Source: an uncultured bacterium (GTDB taxonomy: Bacteria > Hydrogenedentota > Hydrogenedentia > Hydrogenedentales > CAITNO01). From it: 54,191 bases of DNA. Made by a program: the position numbers and the translations under genes. Each line of letters starts with the position of its first letter. Within the stretch, counting starts at the first letter, position 1. Location: contig CALDSM010000905.1 in NCBI GenBank assembly GCA_937923585.1, forward strand, positions 1-54,191, given 5' to 3'. The notes beneath the pieces are model-generated. The model saw only the letters and a program-made list of their open reading frames with translations. It did no database searches and had not been told where the DNA came from. Below, piece by piece: positions 36,391 to 45,050 of this stretch.

Positions 36391-38040
36391 ATGTATCAGC
36401 GTTTCGCGCTTTTCACGGGTTGCCTCGCGGTTTGCGCCGCGGTTGCCCTCACCGGCTGTGACAACACGCCGGTGACCGTCGTGTCCACCGACCCAACCAA
36501 CAGCGCGACAGCAGTCCCGCTCTCGGCGCTGATTGCAGTCACCTTCAGCCGCGCCGTCACCGGGGGCAGTCTCGTCGTGGCAATCAGTCCGGGCACAGCC
36601 GTCGAAACCGCATGGTCCTCGGACAGCCGAACCGTCTTCCTGACGCCCGCCGCGCCGCTGGCCGCGGGCACGGTGTACACGGTCACGGTCCAGTCCGTCG
36701 GCAGCGGAACGCTCGAAACACCGTTCACGTTCAGCTTCACCACCGCTGCCACCAGTCCGGCCAATCCGGAACTGAATCTGGTGGAGGTGCCGAATCCGTT
36801 GTCGCCGACCAACCCGCTTTGGGCGCTGCCCGATGCGCCCGCACCCGACCCCGGCGAAATCGTGGCGGACGCAGATTTCGGCACGACCCAGCGCCGCATC
36901 ACGGCGACACTGGGCATGCGGCATGAGTACGCCAAGTTTGACCCGTTCAACGCGGATCAGTCGCTCATGCTCCAGATGTACATTCCCGACGGCGGATGGC
37001 GCGTCTACCGGACCGCCTCGGTCCCCTATGACACCGCAGCGCAGTTGGCGGCCACGGTGGACATGGAAGAACCGCGCTGGGACCCAACTGACCCGAACCT
37101 GCTCTGGGGCTCGCGCGAGTTCCAGATCCTCAAGCTGGACGTGCGGCAGCCGGACCAGCCCGTGGTGGCGAAGGACTTCGCGCTGGACCCCGCCATCAAG
37201 CCCATCCTGGACGCGAACCCAGACCTGTACCACATCACCATGTACAACGAGGGCGAAACCTCGACGGACAAGCGCTACTGGGCGCTGGCCATCCAGGGCA
37301 CGCAGGACGAATACCGCGCCCGGTACATCTTCACCTGGGACCGGGTCACCGACACCGTGCCGGGAACCTACGCGCTGCCCCTGAACCAGTCGGACATTGA
37401 CTGGGTGGGCATGTCGCCCAAGGGCAACTGGGTGCTCATCGGCGGGCTGGACACCAACGCCGCGCCGCTCACCGGCATGACCATGGCCAACCGCGAACTG
37501 ACCCAGTTTCACCGGATTGACTTCTCCACCGCCCACGCCGACGTGGGGCTCGACATCAACGGAAATGAAATCGTGGTGATGCAAAACGTGCGGACCGACT
37601 ATGTGGACCTCGTTCCCATTGACCTGGCCACACAGCCCATCCTCGATTCCGGCGGCAGCTATGCCGGCACCAACCGCACCCCGCTGATGCGGCTCTACTA
37701 CGCGAGCGATGCCAACGGCCTCAGCAGCGGCCTCCACCTTTCCTGTAACTATCCCGGCTACTGCGTCACCTCCACGGTCATTGACCGCGGAATGCCCGCG
37801 CAAAACTGGCTGGATCGCAAGATCGTCATCACCAAACTGGACCCCGCCCAGCCGCGCACCTTCTATTTGGCGCACGTGTACGGCACCCGCGGCGAGTACT
37901 GGGAGGAAACCCAGGCCACCATCGCCAACAACGGGTCACGGGTGGTGTGGGCAACCAACTGGAACCAGGCAGTCGGCCGCATCCCCGAGCGCGTTTACGA
38001 CATGCAGACGACCCTGCCCGCAGGCTGGATGATTCCCTGA
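36391..38040 (+). CDS. Lipoprotein with SbsA/Big_5-like Ig domain and beta-propeller-like C-terminal region
   Basis: Lipobox MYQRFALFTGCLAVCAAVALTGC. DPTNSATAVPLSALIAVTFSRAV...TVYTVTV is SbsA-Ig-like. The remaining ~430 aa are unassigned. Confidence 0.65.
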   Translation: MYQRFALFTGCLAVCAAVALTGCDNTPVTVVSTDPTNSATAVPLSALIAVTFSRAVTGGSLVVAISPGTAVETAWSSDSRTVFLTPAAPLAAGTVYTVTVQSVGSGTLETPFTFSFTTAATSPANPELNLVEVPNPLSPTNPLWALPDAPAPDPGEIVADADFGTTQRRITATLGMRHEYAKFDPFNADQSLMLQMYIPDGGWRVYRTASVPYDTAAQLAATVDMEEPRWDPTDPNLLWGSREFQILKLDVRQPDQPVVAKDFALDPAIKPILDANPDLYHITMYNEGETSTDKRYWALAIQGTQDEYRARYIFTWDRVTDTVPGTYALPLNQSDIDWVGMSPKGNWVLIGGLDTNAAPLTGMTMANRELTQFHRIDFSTAHADVGLDINGNEIVVMQNVRTDYVDLVPIDLATQPILDSGGSYAGTNRTPLMRLYYASDANGLSSGLHLSCNYPGYCVTSTVIDRGMPAQNWLDRKIVITKLDPAQPRTFYLAHVYGTRGEYWEETQATIANNGSRVVWATNWNQAVGRIPERVYDMQTTLPAGWMIP

Positions 38041-38126
38041 CAAAACTCTGGGAAGCACTGCGGGATTTGTGTGATGCGGGCATTGCGTCATCGGACGCGT
38101 TTCCACGGCGCGTTGCTTTTTTTGGA

Positions 38127-38169
38127 TTGCTTTCGCCGCGAACGGGGCATACAATACTGACCAGTCAGT
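38127..38169 (+). promoter_or_regulatory. Sigma-70-like promoter with overlapping palindromic operator upstream of the efflux operon
   Basis: TTGCTT (38127-38132), 17-nt spacer, TACAAT (38150-38155), followed immediately by ACTGAC-CA-GTCAGT (38156-38169). Confidence 0.45.
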
Positions 38170-38292
38170 TTTCTGCGCGGCCCGGTGCCAGAACATTTGG
38201 ACAAGGGCGCCCGGTCGTGCAAATATCTTAAAGCCTGTTGTTGTCCCTTCCCTGCGGGCTCGCCCCCCGCGTTTCATGAAACCGAGGAATGC

Positions 38293-39687
38293 ATGATGTC
38301 GCTGCGAAGCGTGTTGAAATGGACCGTCACGGCCGGCGTGGTGGCGGCGGCCGGATATGCGGGGTATCACTGGTGGACGGGCGGCGGTGCCGCGCCCGGC
38401 GCGCCGGAAGATCAAAAGGAAGTGGTCACCTCGAAGGCCGTCCGCGGTCCGCTGCGGCAGATTGTCCAATGCACCGGCCCGATATTTTCCAATTTGGACG
38501 TGGACATCAAGTGCCGCGCCAGCGGCGAGATCAGGGAGTTGCCGTTCAACATCAGCGATCCGGTGAAGAAGGGCGATTTGCTCATGGCACTGGACCCGGT
38601 GGACCAGCAGCGGTCGGTGGACCAGCAAACGGCCTCGGTGGCCGCCGCCCAGGCCAAGCTGGACAGCGCCAAGGCGGCGCTGGCGGTGGCGGAGCAGACC
38701 GTCGCGGCAAACCGGCTGAAGGCGGAGGCGGCGCTGCAACTGGCCCAGCGCCAGGTGGCGGACTCGGGCGCAAAGGCCAAGCGGGAGGGCCAACTGCTTG
38801 AAAAGAAGTTTTCCAGCCCCGAACTGGTCGAAACCGCCCAGACCAACGCCGTGCTCGCGGAACAGAACCTGAAGGCGGCGCAGGCGCAGCGCGAGGAGGT
38901 GAAGGCCGAGGAACTGGGCCTGGAAAGCAAGAAGCAGGACATCACGCTCTGTGCGGCCCAGTTGGACCAGGCCAAGATCGCGCTCAATCTGGCCCAGCTT
39001 CAACTGGGTTACACGAAGATCACGTCCCCCATAGACGGCGTGGTCTCAACCCGGCCGGTGCAAATCGGCAACATCATTTCCTCGGGCATCAGCAACGTGG
39101 GCGGCGGCACCACGGTCATGACCCTCACCGACCTGTCCCGCATCTTCTGTTATGCCTCGGTGGACGAGAGCGACATTGGTTCCGTGCAGGTGGGCCAGCC
39201 CGCGGAAATCACCGCGGACTCCTTTCCGCGCAAGAACTTTTCCGGCGAGGTGGTCCGCATCGCCACGGCCGGTGTCAATCTGCAGAATGTCGTCACCTTC
39301 CAGGTGCGCATTGAGGTCACCGGCGAGAACAAGTCCCTGCTGAAGCCGCAGATGACGACCAATGTCACCATCGTGGTGGCCGACAAGCCCGATGTGCTGC
39401 AAATTCCCGCCAATGCCGTCATCCGCAAGAAGGGCGGCGACACGGTTCGGGTCAAGAGTGGCGCCAATCCCGACGGCGAGGAGCGCAGTATCGAAATCGG
39501 GATTTCGGACGGACGCAGCACCGAGGTTGTCAGCGGGCTCAAGGAGGGCGAAGAGGTCATCGAGCAGAATCCGGCGGAAGAAACGCGCTGGGCCGCGGGA
39601 AGCCAGAATCCCGCGCAGAGCAAGGCCCGCCAGCAGATGATGATGATGCGCATGGGCGGCGGCGCCCCGGGAGGAGGCCGCCATTGA
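38293..39687 (+). CDS. Efflux periplasmic adaptor (MacA/HlyD family)
   Basis: N-terminal TM, lipoyl-like motif, long coiled coil (AAQAKLDSAKAALAVAEQTVAANRLKAEAALQLAQ) and a beta-barrel region. Its stop overlaps the next start. Confidence 0.85.
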   Translation: MMSLRSVLKWTVTAGVVAAAGYAGYHWWTGGGAAPGAPEDQKEVVTSKAVRGPLRQIVQCTGPIFSNLDVDIKCRASGEIRELPFNISDPVKKGDLLMALDPVDQQRSVDQQTASVAAAQAKLDSAKAALAVAEQTVAANRLKAEAALQLAQRQVADSGAKAKREGQLLEKKFSSPELVETAQTNAVLAEQNLKAAQAQREEVKAEELGLESKKQDITLCAAQLDQAKIALNLAQLQLGYTKITSPIDGVVSTRPVQIGNIISSGISNVGGGTTVMTLTDLSRIFCYASVDESDIGSVQVGQPAEITADSFPRKNFSGEVVRIATAGVNLQNVVTFQVRIEVTGENKSLLKPQMTTNVTIVVADKPDVLQIPANAVIRKKGGDTVRVKSGANPDGEERSIEIGISDGRSTEVVSGLKEGEEVIEQNPAEETRWAAGSQNPAQSKARQQMMMMRMGGGAPGGGRH

Positions 39688-40352
39688 TCGAGGTCGAATC
39701 CCTGACCAAGACCTATGACCTGGGCGGCGCCCTGGTGCGCGCTCTTGACCATGTCAGCATGACCGTCAACGACGGCGAAATGGTGGCCATCACCGGTCCG
39801 TCGGGCAGCGGAAAATCCACGCTGATGCACATTCTGGGCTGTCTCGACACGCCCGATTCCGGGGTGTACCGGCTGGCGGGCGAGAATGTGGCCGGCCTCT
39901 CGAGCGACCGACTGGCAGAGATTCGCAACCGCCACATCGGATTCGTGTTCCAAACCTTCAACCTGCTGCCCCGGCTCACCTCGCTGGAAAACGTGGAACT
40001 GCCCCTGCTCTACGCGCAGGACAGGCACGCCAACGAGAAAGCCAGAGAAGCCCTGAAAACGGTCGGCCTGGCGGACCGCATGCATCACGGGCCAAACCAG
40101 TTGTCGGGCGGGCAGCGCCAGCGGGTGGCCGTCGCGCGGGCCATTGTGACCAACCCCTCCATGATCCTCGCCGACGAGCCCACGGGCAATCTGGATTCCA
40201 AGACGGGGCACGAGATCCTGGAGCTGTTTCACCAGCTCAACGCGGAGGGGCGCATGATCGTGGTGGTGACGCACGACCCGGACGTTGCCCGGAAATGCGG
40301 GCGCTCGATCCGTATCTTTGACGGGCGCATCGTGGACGAAACGGCGGAGTAG
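39684..40352 (+). CDS. ABC transporter ATP-binding protein (MacB/LolD-type)
   Basis: Walker [10 protein letters not shown], signature [14 protein letters not shown], Walker B ILADEPT. TTG start in an ATTGA overlap with the adaptor stop. Confidence 0.92.
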   Translation: MIEVESLTKTYDLGGALVRALDHVSMTVNDGEMVAITGPSGSGKSTLMHILGCLDTPDSGVYRLAGENVAGLSSDRLAEIRNRHIGFVFQTFNLLPRLTSLENVELPLLYAQDRHANEKAREALKTVGLADRMHHGPNQLSGGQRQRVAVARAIVTNPSMILADEPTGNLDSKTGHEILELFHQLNAEGRMIVVVTHDPDVARKCGRSIRIFDGRIVDETAE

Positions 40353-40356
40353 ACAA

Positions 40357-41568
40357 ATGTATTTCTGGGTGCTGGTAAAAGTCGCGCTGTTCAGCCTGCT
40401 GGCGAACAAGCTGCGCTCGTTCCTGGCCGTCTTGGGCGTGATTATCGGCGTCGGCGCGGTGATTGCCATGCTGGCCATCGCGGCGGGCGCGCAGACACAG
40501 GTGCTCTCCACCATTTCCGCCATGGGCACCAACCTGCTCGTGGTGCGGCCGGGCCAGTCGGGTTCCGGCGGCGTACTGACCGGCACGCGGCAGAACCTGA
40601 CCGTGGAGGACGCGCAGGCCATTCTGGCCGAGGTGCCCGAGGTGGCGCGCGTGTCGCCGGCGGTGCAGAACCGGTGCCAGCTCAAGTACATGGAACGAAA
40701 CACGGGAACCATGGTGCAGGGCGTGGCGGTGCCCTACCTGCCCATCCGCAACTTCGAGATCCAAAAGGGGCGGCTCTTCACCGATGCGGAGGAGGACCGC
40801 CAGTCCCACGTGATCATTCTCGGCCCGGTGACCGTGGGCAACCTGTTTCCGAAGGATGAGGATCCCATCGGGGCGACCGTCAAGGTGAACGGCATCAACT
40901 TCCAGGTGATCGGCGTGACCAAGGCCAAAGGCGACCAGGGCTGGTTCAATCCGGACGACTCGGGCGTCATTCCGTACACCACCGCCATGAAACAGGTGTT
41001 CGGCCTGAACTACATTCGCGAGATTGATGTCCAGTGCAGGAACGAGGCGGACTTGATTCCGGCGCAGGACAAGATCATGACTCTGATGCGCCAGCGGCAC
41101 CGGGTACGGCCCGAAATGCCGGATGACGTGGAAATCCGGAACCAGGCCGACCTGATCAACACGGCATCCACAGTAACGCGGACCTTTACGATTCTGTTGG
41201 GCGCCGTGGCCAGCATCTCGCTGCTGGTCGGCGGCATCGGCATCATGAACATCATGCTGGTGACGGTCACCGAGCGCACGCGCGAGATCGGCGTGCGCAA
41301 GGCCATCGGCGCCAAAGACCGTGACATCCTGCGGCAGTTTCTCTTTGAGGCGATTTTCATGAGCGGCATTGGCGGCGTGATCGGAGTCGCGGCAGGCATG
41401 GGCGCGGCCGGGGCCATCTCCTACGCCACCAGTTTCACTACGGTCCTGCAGCCGCGCAGCATGATCATGGCCATGCTCTTTTCGGTGGGCGTGGGCGTCT
41501 TCTTCGGGTATTATCCCGCGCGCCGCGCCGCGCAGTTGAATCCCATCGACGCGCTGCGCTACGAATAG
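40357..41568 (+). CDS. ABC transporter permease (MacB_PCD + FtsX domains)
   Basis: TM1, then a ~220-aa periplasmic domain, then three TM with VGGIGIMNIMLVTVTERTREIGVRKAIGA. Start moved to the ATG at 40357, 4 nt after the ATPase stop. Confidence 0.9.
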   Translation: MYFWVLVKVALFSLLANKLRSFLAVLGVIIGVGAVIAMLAIAAGAQTQVLSTISAMGTNLLVVRPGQSGSGGVLTGTRQNLTVEDAQAILAEVPEVARVSPAVQNRCQLKYMERNTGTMVQGVAVPYLPIRNFEIQKGRLFTDAEEDRQSHVIILGPVTVGNLFPKDEDPIGATVKVNGINFQVIGVTKAKGDQGWFNPDDSGVIPYTTAMKQVFGLNYIREIDVQCRNEADLIPAQDKIMTLMRQRHRVRPEMPDDVEIRNQADLINTASTVTRTFTILLGAVASISLLVGGIGIMNIMLVTVTERTREIGVRKAIGAKDRDILRQFLFEAIFMSGIGGVIGVAAGMGAAGAISYATSFTTVLQPRSMIMAMLFSVGVGVFFGYYPARRAAQLNPIDALRYE

Positions 41569-41672
41569 AAAGTCTTCTTCTTGCTCCTGCTCCCTCCTGA
41601 TATCGGACGAGATACAGGGCTGGAGTGAGATTAAGAGCAAAAGCAGAACCGGAACAGACGAGAAATGAAATG

Positions 41673-41794
41673 GGCGTACACCCCCCGGCCCTTCGGGCCA
41701 CCCCCCTCGAAGGGGGATCAACACGGTCCTCGTGCGACGTGCCGGATGATCCCCCCTGGAGGGGGGTGGCCCGAAGGGCCGGGGGGTGTACGCC
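41673..41794. repeat. 122-nt near-perfect hairpin / long inverted repeat between the permease and tolC
   Basis: 41673-41708 (GGCGTACACCCCCCGGCCCTTCGGGCCACCCCCCTC) is the exact reverse complement of 41759-41794. A further 9-bp inner stem pairs 41712-41720 with 41747-41755. The arms contain local hairpins GGCCC-TTC-GGGCC. Confidence 0.8.
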
Positions 41795-41816
41795 GGAATA
41801 CAGGGACGTTTCCAAA

Positions 41817-43619
41817 ATGATCAAAATGAAGTCACTGCTCCGTGGGGTGCGTTTGGCGGCCCTTCTGATCGCCGCCCTGCTGGCCGGATGCGCCTCGATT
41901 GAGGCGTCCAAACCGCCGGTCATACCGCAGCCCACGGTGGAGGCGGCGGCGGAGCCGGGCGCCAATCCCTCTCCGCCCGCGCTGAAACCGGAGTTTGTCG
42001 CGCAGCAGCCCAAGGCGCCGGAACTTCCCGTGGAGGCCGGTCCGCCGCTCAACCTGACTGTGGAGGGGGCGATCATTCTGGCGCTTCAGAACAACCGGGA
42101 CCTCACGGTGGAGGAGGTGAACCCCGCATTGCAGCAGACCTTCGTGTCCGAGGAACGCTCCGCCTTTGACCCGGTGCTGGTGGCCGGTTACACCCACACC
42201 AGTGACCGTCTCGAAAACGACCTGCGCCTCCGGAAGACACTCCAGTTGTCCACCGCCGCGGGCGCGAACAATCCGAGTATCTGGGAGCGCGAGGAGAATG
42301 TCGCCCGGACCCGCACAAACGCGGGGGAAGCGGGCATCACGCAGCATTTGCCCACCGGCGGCGATGTGAGCCTGACCGTCGGAACGGGCCGCACCTCGCT
42401 GCACCGCAGCTCTTCGGACACATCCATCACAAACCTGGTGGACACGGTGACGGACTCGCCGAATGTGTCGCTGAACGTGACCCAGAGCCTGCTGCGCGGG
42501 GCAGGCCTGAACGTCAACCTCGCCAGCCTCCGCCAGGCACGCATAGACAGGCGCCTCTCCGAATATGAGATGCGCGGCATTGCCGAGAATCTGGTGTCGC
42601 AGACTGAGCAGGCCTACTGGGACTACGTGCTGGCCCGGCGCACGATCGCTATCTATGAAGACGCTCTGGACGTCGCCAACAGGCAACTGGATCTGGCCAG
42701 GGAACAGATCGCCGTGGGCCGCCTGCCCGAAAGCGAGCGCGCCGCGGCCGACGCGGAGGTTGCCCTGCGGCAGAGTTCGCTCATTGACGCAAGAAGCACG
42801 CTGGACCAGGCCCGGCTGGCATTGCTGCGGCTGATGAACCCGTCGGAGGACGCGCTGCGCAGCACCGAGATCAAAACCCAGTCGGAACCGGTCGTGCCGG
42901 AGATTTCCATGGAAGGCGTGGAGCCGTCGGTGCTGCTGGCCCGGCGCATGCGGCCCGACATCAACCAGGCGCGGCTGCAAATCGAGCGGGACACGCTTGA
43001 GGTGGTCAAGACGAAGAACGGGCTGCTGCCGCAGTTGGACCTGTTTCTCAAACTCGCCCGGGACGTCAACAAGACCGAATACGCCCGGTCCTTTGTCGTT
43101 TCGCAGGAAGACCTGAGGGACAGCCACTACAACGCGCAGGTCGGCGTGCAGTTCGGCTATCCCATCGGCAACCGGGCCGCCCGCGCCCGCGACCAGCGCG
43201 CCCGGCTGGCGGAAAAGAGGGACCGGCTCGCCCTGTCCAACATGGCCCAGTTGGTGGAGCAGGACGTCCGCTCCGCCTACATCGAGATTGGCCGGACCCG
43301 CGCCCAGATTGACGCCACCGCCGCCACCCGCAGACTCCAGGAAGAGACGCAGCAGATCGAGACGGAGAAATTCCGGGTGGGACGGTCCAACGCGCTGCTC
43401 GTGGCCCAGACCGAACGCGACCTGCTGACCGCCCAGATCAATGAAGCCCAGGCGAAGACCAGCTATCTCAAGGCCATCGTGAACCTGTACAGGATGGAGG
43501 GCACCCTGCTGGAGCGACGCGGCGTCGCCTGCCCCGGCCGCGAGCCGGTGGTGCTCGCCGATGCGCCAGCACCGACGACGGCGGCGGAAGCCAGGCCTGC
43601 GGAAGACCCGTCGAACTAG
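41817..43619 (+). CDS. TolC-family outer-membrane efflux channel (lipoprotein form)
   Basis: Lipobox MIKMKSLLRGVRLAALLIAALLAGC. Two OEP-type repeats with long coiled helices. 600 aa. Last gene of the adaptor-ATPase-permease operon. Confidence 0.85.
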   Translation: MIKMKSLLRGVRLAALLIAALLAGCASIEASKPPVIPQPTVEAAAEPGANPSPPALKPEFVAQQPKAPELPVEAGPPLNLTVEGAIILALQNNRDLTVEEVNPALQQTFVSEERSAFDPVLVAGYTHTSDRLENDLRLRKTLQLSTAAGANNPSIWEREENVARTRTNAGEAGITQHLPTGGDVSLTVGTGRTSLHRSSSDTSITNLVDTVTDSPNVSLNVTQSLLRGAGLNVNLASLRQARIDRRLSEYEMRGIAENLVSQTEQAYWDYVLARRTIAIYEDALDVANRQLDLAREQIAVGRLPESERAAADAEVALRQSSLIDARSTLDQARLALLRLMNPSEDALRSTEIKTQSEPVVPEISMEGVEPSVLLARRMRPDINQARLQIERDTLEVVKTKNGLLPQLDLFLKLARDVNKTEYARSFVVSQEDLRDSHYNAQVGVQFGYPIGNRAARARDQRARLAEKRDRLALSNMAQLVEQDVRSAYIEIGRTRAQIDATAATRRLQEETQQIETEKFRVGRSNALLVAQTERDLLTAQINEAQAKTSYLKAIVNLYRMEGTLLERRGVACPGREPVVLADAPAPTTAAEARPAEDPSN

Positions 43620-43893
43620 AGAACCTATTTTCCGATATACTTTACACTGTTATATTTGTACTAAGATGCACCTTGGGTTGCCAGAATCGGCGCGTGACAG
43701 ATACACAGCGAATGGGGAGACTGCGAAAAGAAGAGGAGGCCGTCGGCCAGAAGAGCGTGGTGTGATTTGGAAACCATGCCACAACTGGGCGTGCAATTTG
43801 GGAACGTGAAAATAACCTATTGGTGCGGGCCGATGATCTTTTTGGTATGCTACTTGCATGGGGTTGGGCTACCACATCTAGGAGTGTAGGCCG

Positions 43894-44946
43894 ATGGGAA
43901 CACTGAACGCAGAATTTCTGAAGCTCATTCATGGGATAAGCGCATCATCGGAAGTAGAATTGACAGAAGATCTGATAGGGGATGCCATTACAGAAGCTCT
44001 GCCGAAGATCAGTGAACGTCTCCTTCAAGAATTGCACAAGGATGCACCAGAAATGCTCTTCTGGGAGCGTCATCATGGACACGGATTCTGTGAACGGTTA
44101 ATCCATCGTTGGCAAGAAGGATTCGATCTCCTCGATATGCTCGGTGTGATCTGCCTTGAAACTGGAGAGATGGTGGTAAGAGACGTTTCTCCAGAGCTGA
44201 AGAGATCCGAGACTCCCAGATTCGAGTCGCTCTCGCGCCTACACGCCCGCGCTTGTTTGATCTTTGGCGAAATTGTATGCCTCTTGAAAAGCGGCTATGC
44301 AGATGGGGCTCTTGCACGATGGCGTGCGCTGCATGAAATCGCAGTTGTTGCCCTATTCATTGCAGAGAATCCCGTGAACTTAAGTGTCCGGTTTCTTGAT
44401 CACCGCCATATAGAGTGTTGGCGTCGCATGCAAAAATATCAGGATCACTGCAAAAGACTTGGATGCGAGCCGTATTCAGACGCAGAAATGAACAACGCTG
44501 AGCAGGTCGCAAACGCTTTGAAGGAGAAGTACGGACATGCATTTGAGCGTGATTATGGTTGGGCTGCGGAAGCACTTGATTCAGGCAATCCAAAGTTTAC
44601 AAACCTAGAAATAAGGGTAGGCATCCAACACCTGAGGCCGTACTATCAGTGGGCCTGTGAAAGAATCCATGCCAGTTCTAACGGCTTGTACCGTACCTTA
44701 GGGCTTGTAAATAGCGAAGATCTTATGCTGGCTGGACCAAGCAATGCAGGCCTTGCTGACCCTGCTCAACTGGCAGCCATATCACTGCACCAGGCAACTA
44801 CTGCTCTGCAAGTCAATTACCCAGACATGGATTTTCTCGTTGCTATCAGCGTGGCCCAACGAGTTGTTGCGCAGATTCAGGAAGTCTTCGTCAGAATACA
44901 AGGAAAACTTGAGGAAGAGGAAGAATCCAACAGGCGCAACAGTTAA
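43894..44946 (+). CDS. Orphan low-GC hypothetical helical protein (reminiscent of DUF5677-type proteins; recollection only)
   Basis: 350-aa ORF with AGGAG about 10 nt upstream. Counted 30/60 G+C at 44041-44100 versus 43/60 at 45241-45300. No signal peptide or TM. Motif ARACLIFGEIVCLLKSGYADGALARWRALHEIAVVALFI. Confidence 0.6.
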   Translation: MGTLNAEFLKLIHGISASSEVELTEDLIGDAITEALPKISERLLQELHKDAPEMLFWERHHGHGFCERLIHRWQEGFDLLDMLGVICLETGEMVVRDVSPELKRSETPRFESLSRLHARACLIFGEIVCLLKSGYADGALARWRALHEIAVVALFIAENPVNLSVRFLDHRHIECWRRMQKYQDHCKRLGCEPYSDAEMNNAEQVANALKEKYGHAFERDYGWAAEALDSGNPKFTNLEIRVGIQHLRPYYQWACERIHASSNGLYRTLGLVNSEDLMLAGPSNAGLADPAQLAAISLHQATTALQVNYPDMDFLVAISVAQRVVAQIQEVFVRIQGKLEEEEESNRRNS

Positions 44947-45050
44947 GCGTGAGAAATGCAGGGACCCAAAGGGATACACTTGGTCCCCGGTTGTGGTGAG
45001 TACCAATCAGTCCTTCTCGTCCCTTGCCCTAAAAAAGAACGCGCACATCT

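Noticed and set aside
41625-41816. N-terminal extension of the tolC ORF, and minus-strand ORF 41465..42076, both translating GVHPPALRATPL(E/Q)GG
   Set aside because: These peptides are just the two strands of the 122-nt inverted repeat being read. The TolC lipoprotein signal starts at 41817.
43561-43932. Small ORFs (82 aa on plus, 96 aa on minus) in the low-GC leader of the island gene
   Set aside because: They have no RBS, overlap the tolC 3-prime end or each other, and show no recognisable features. The region is more likely a promoter/leader.
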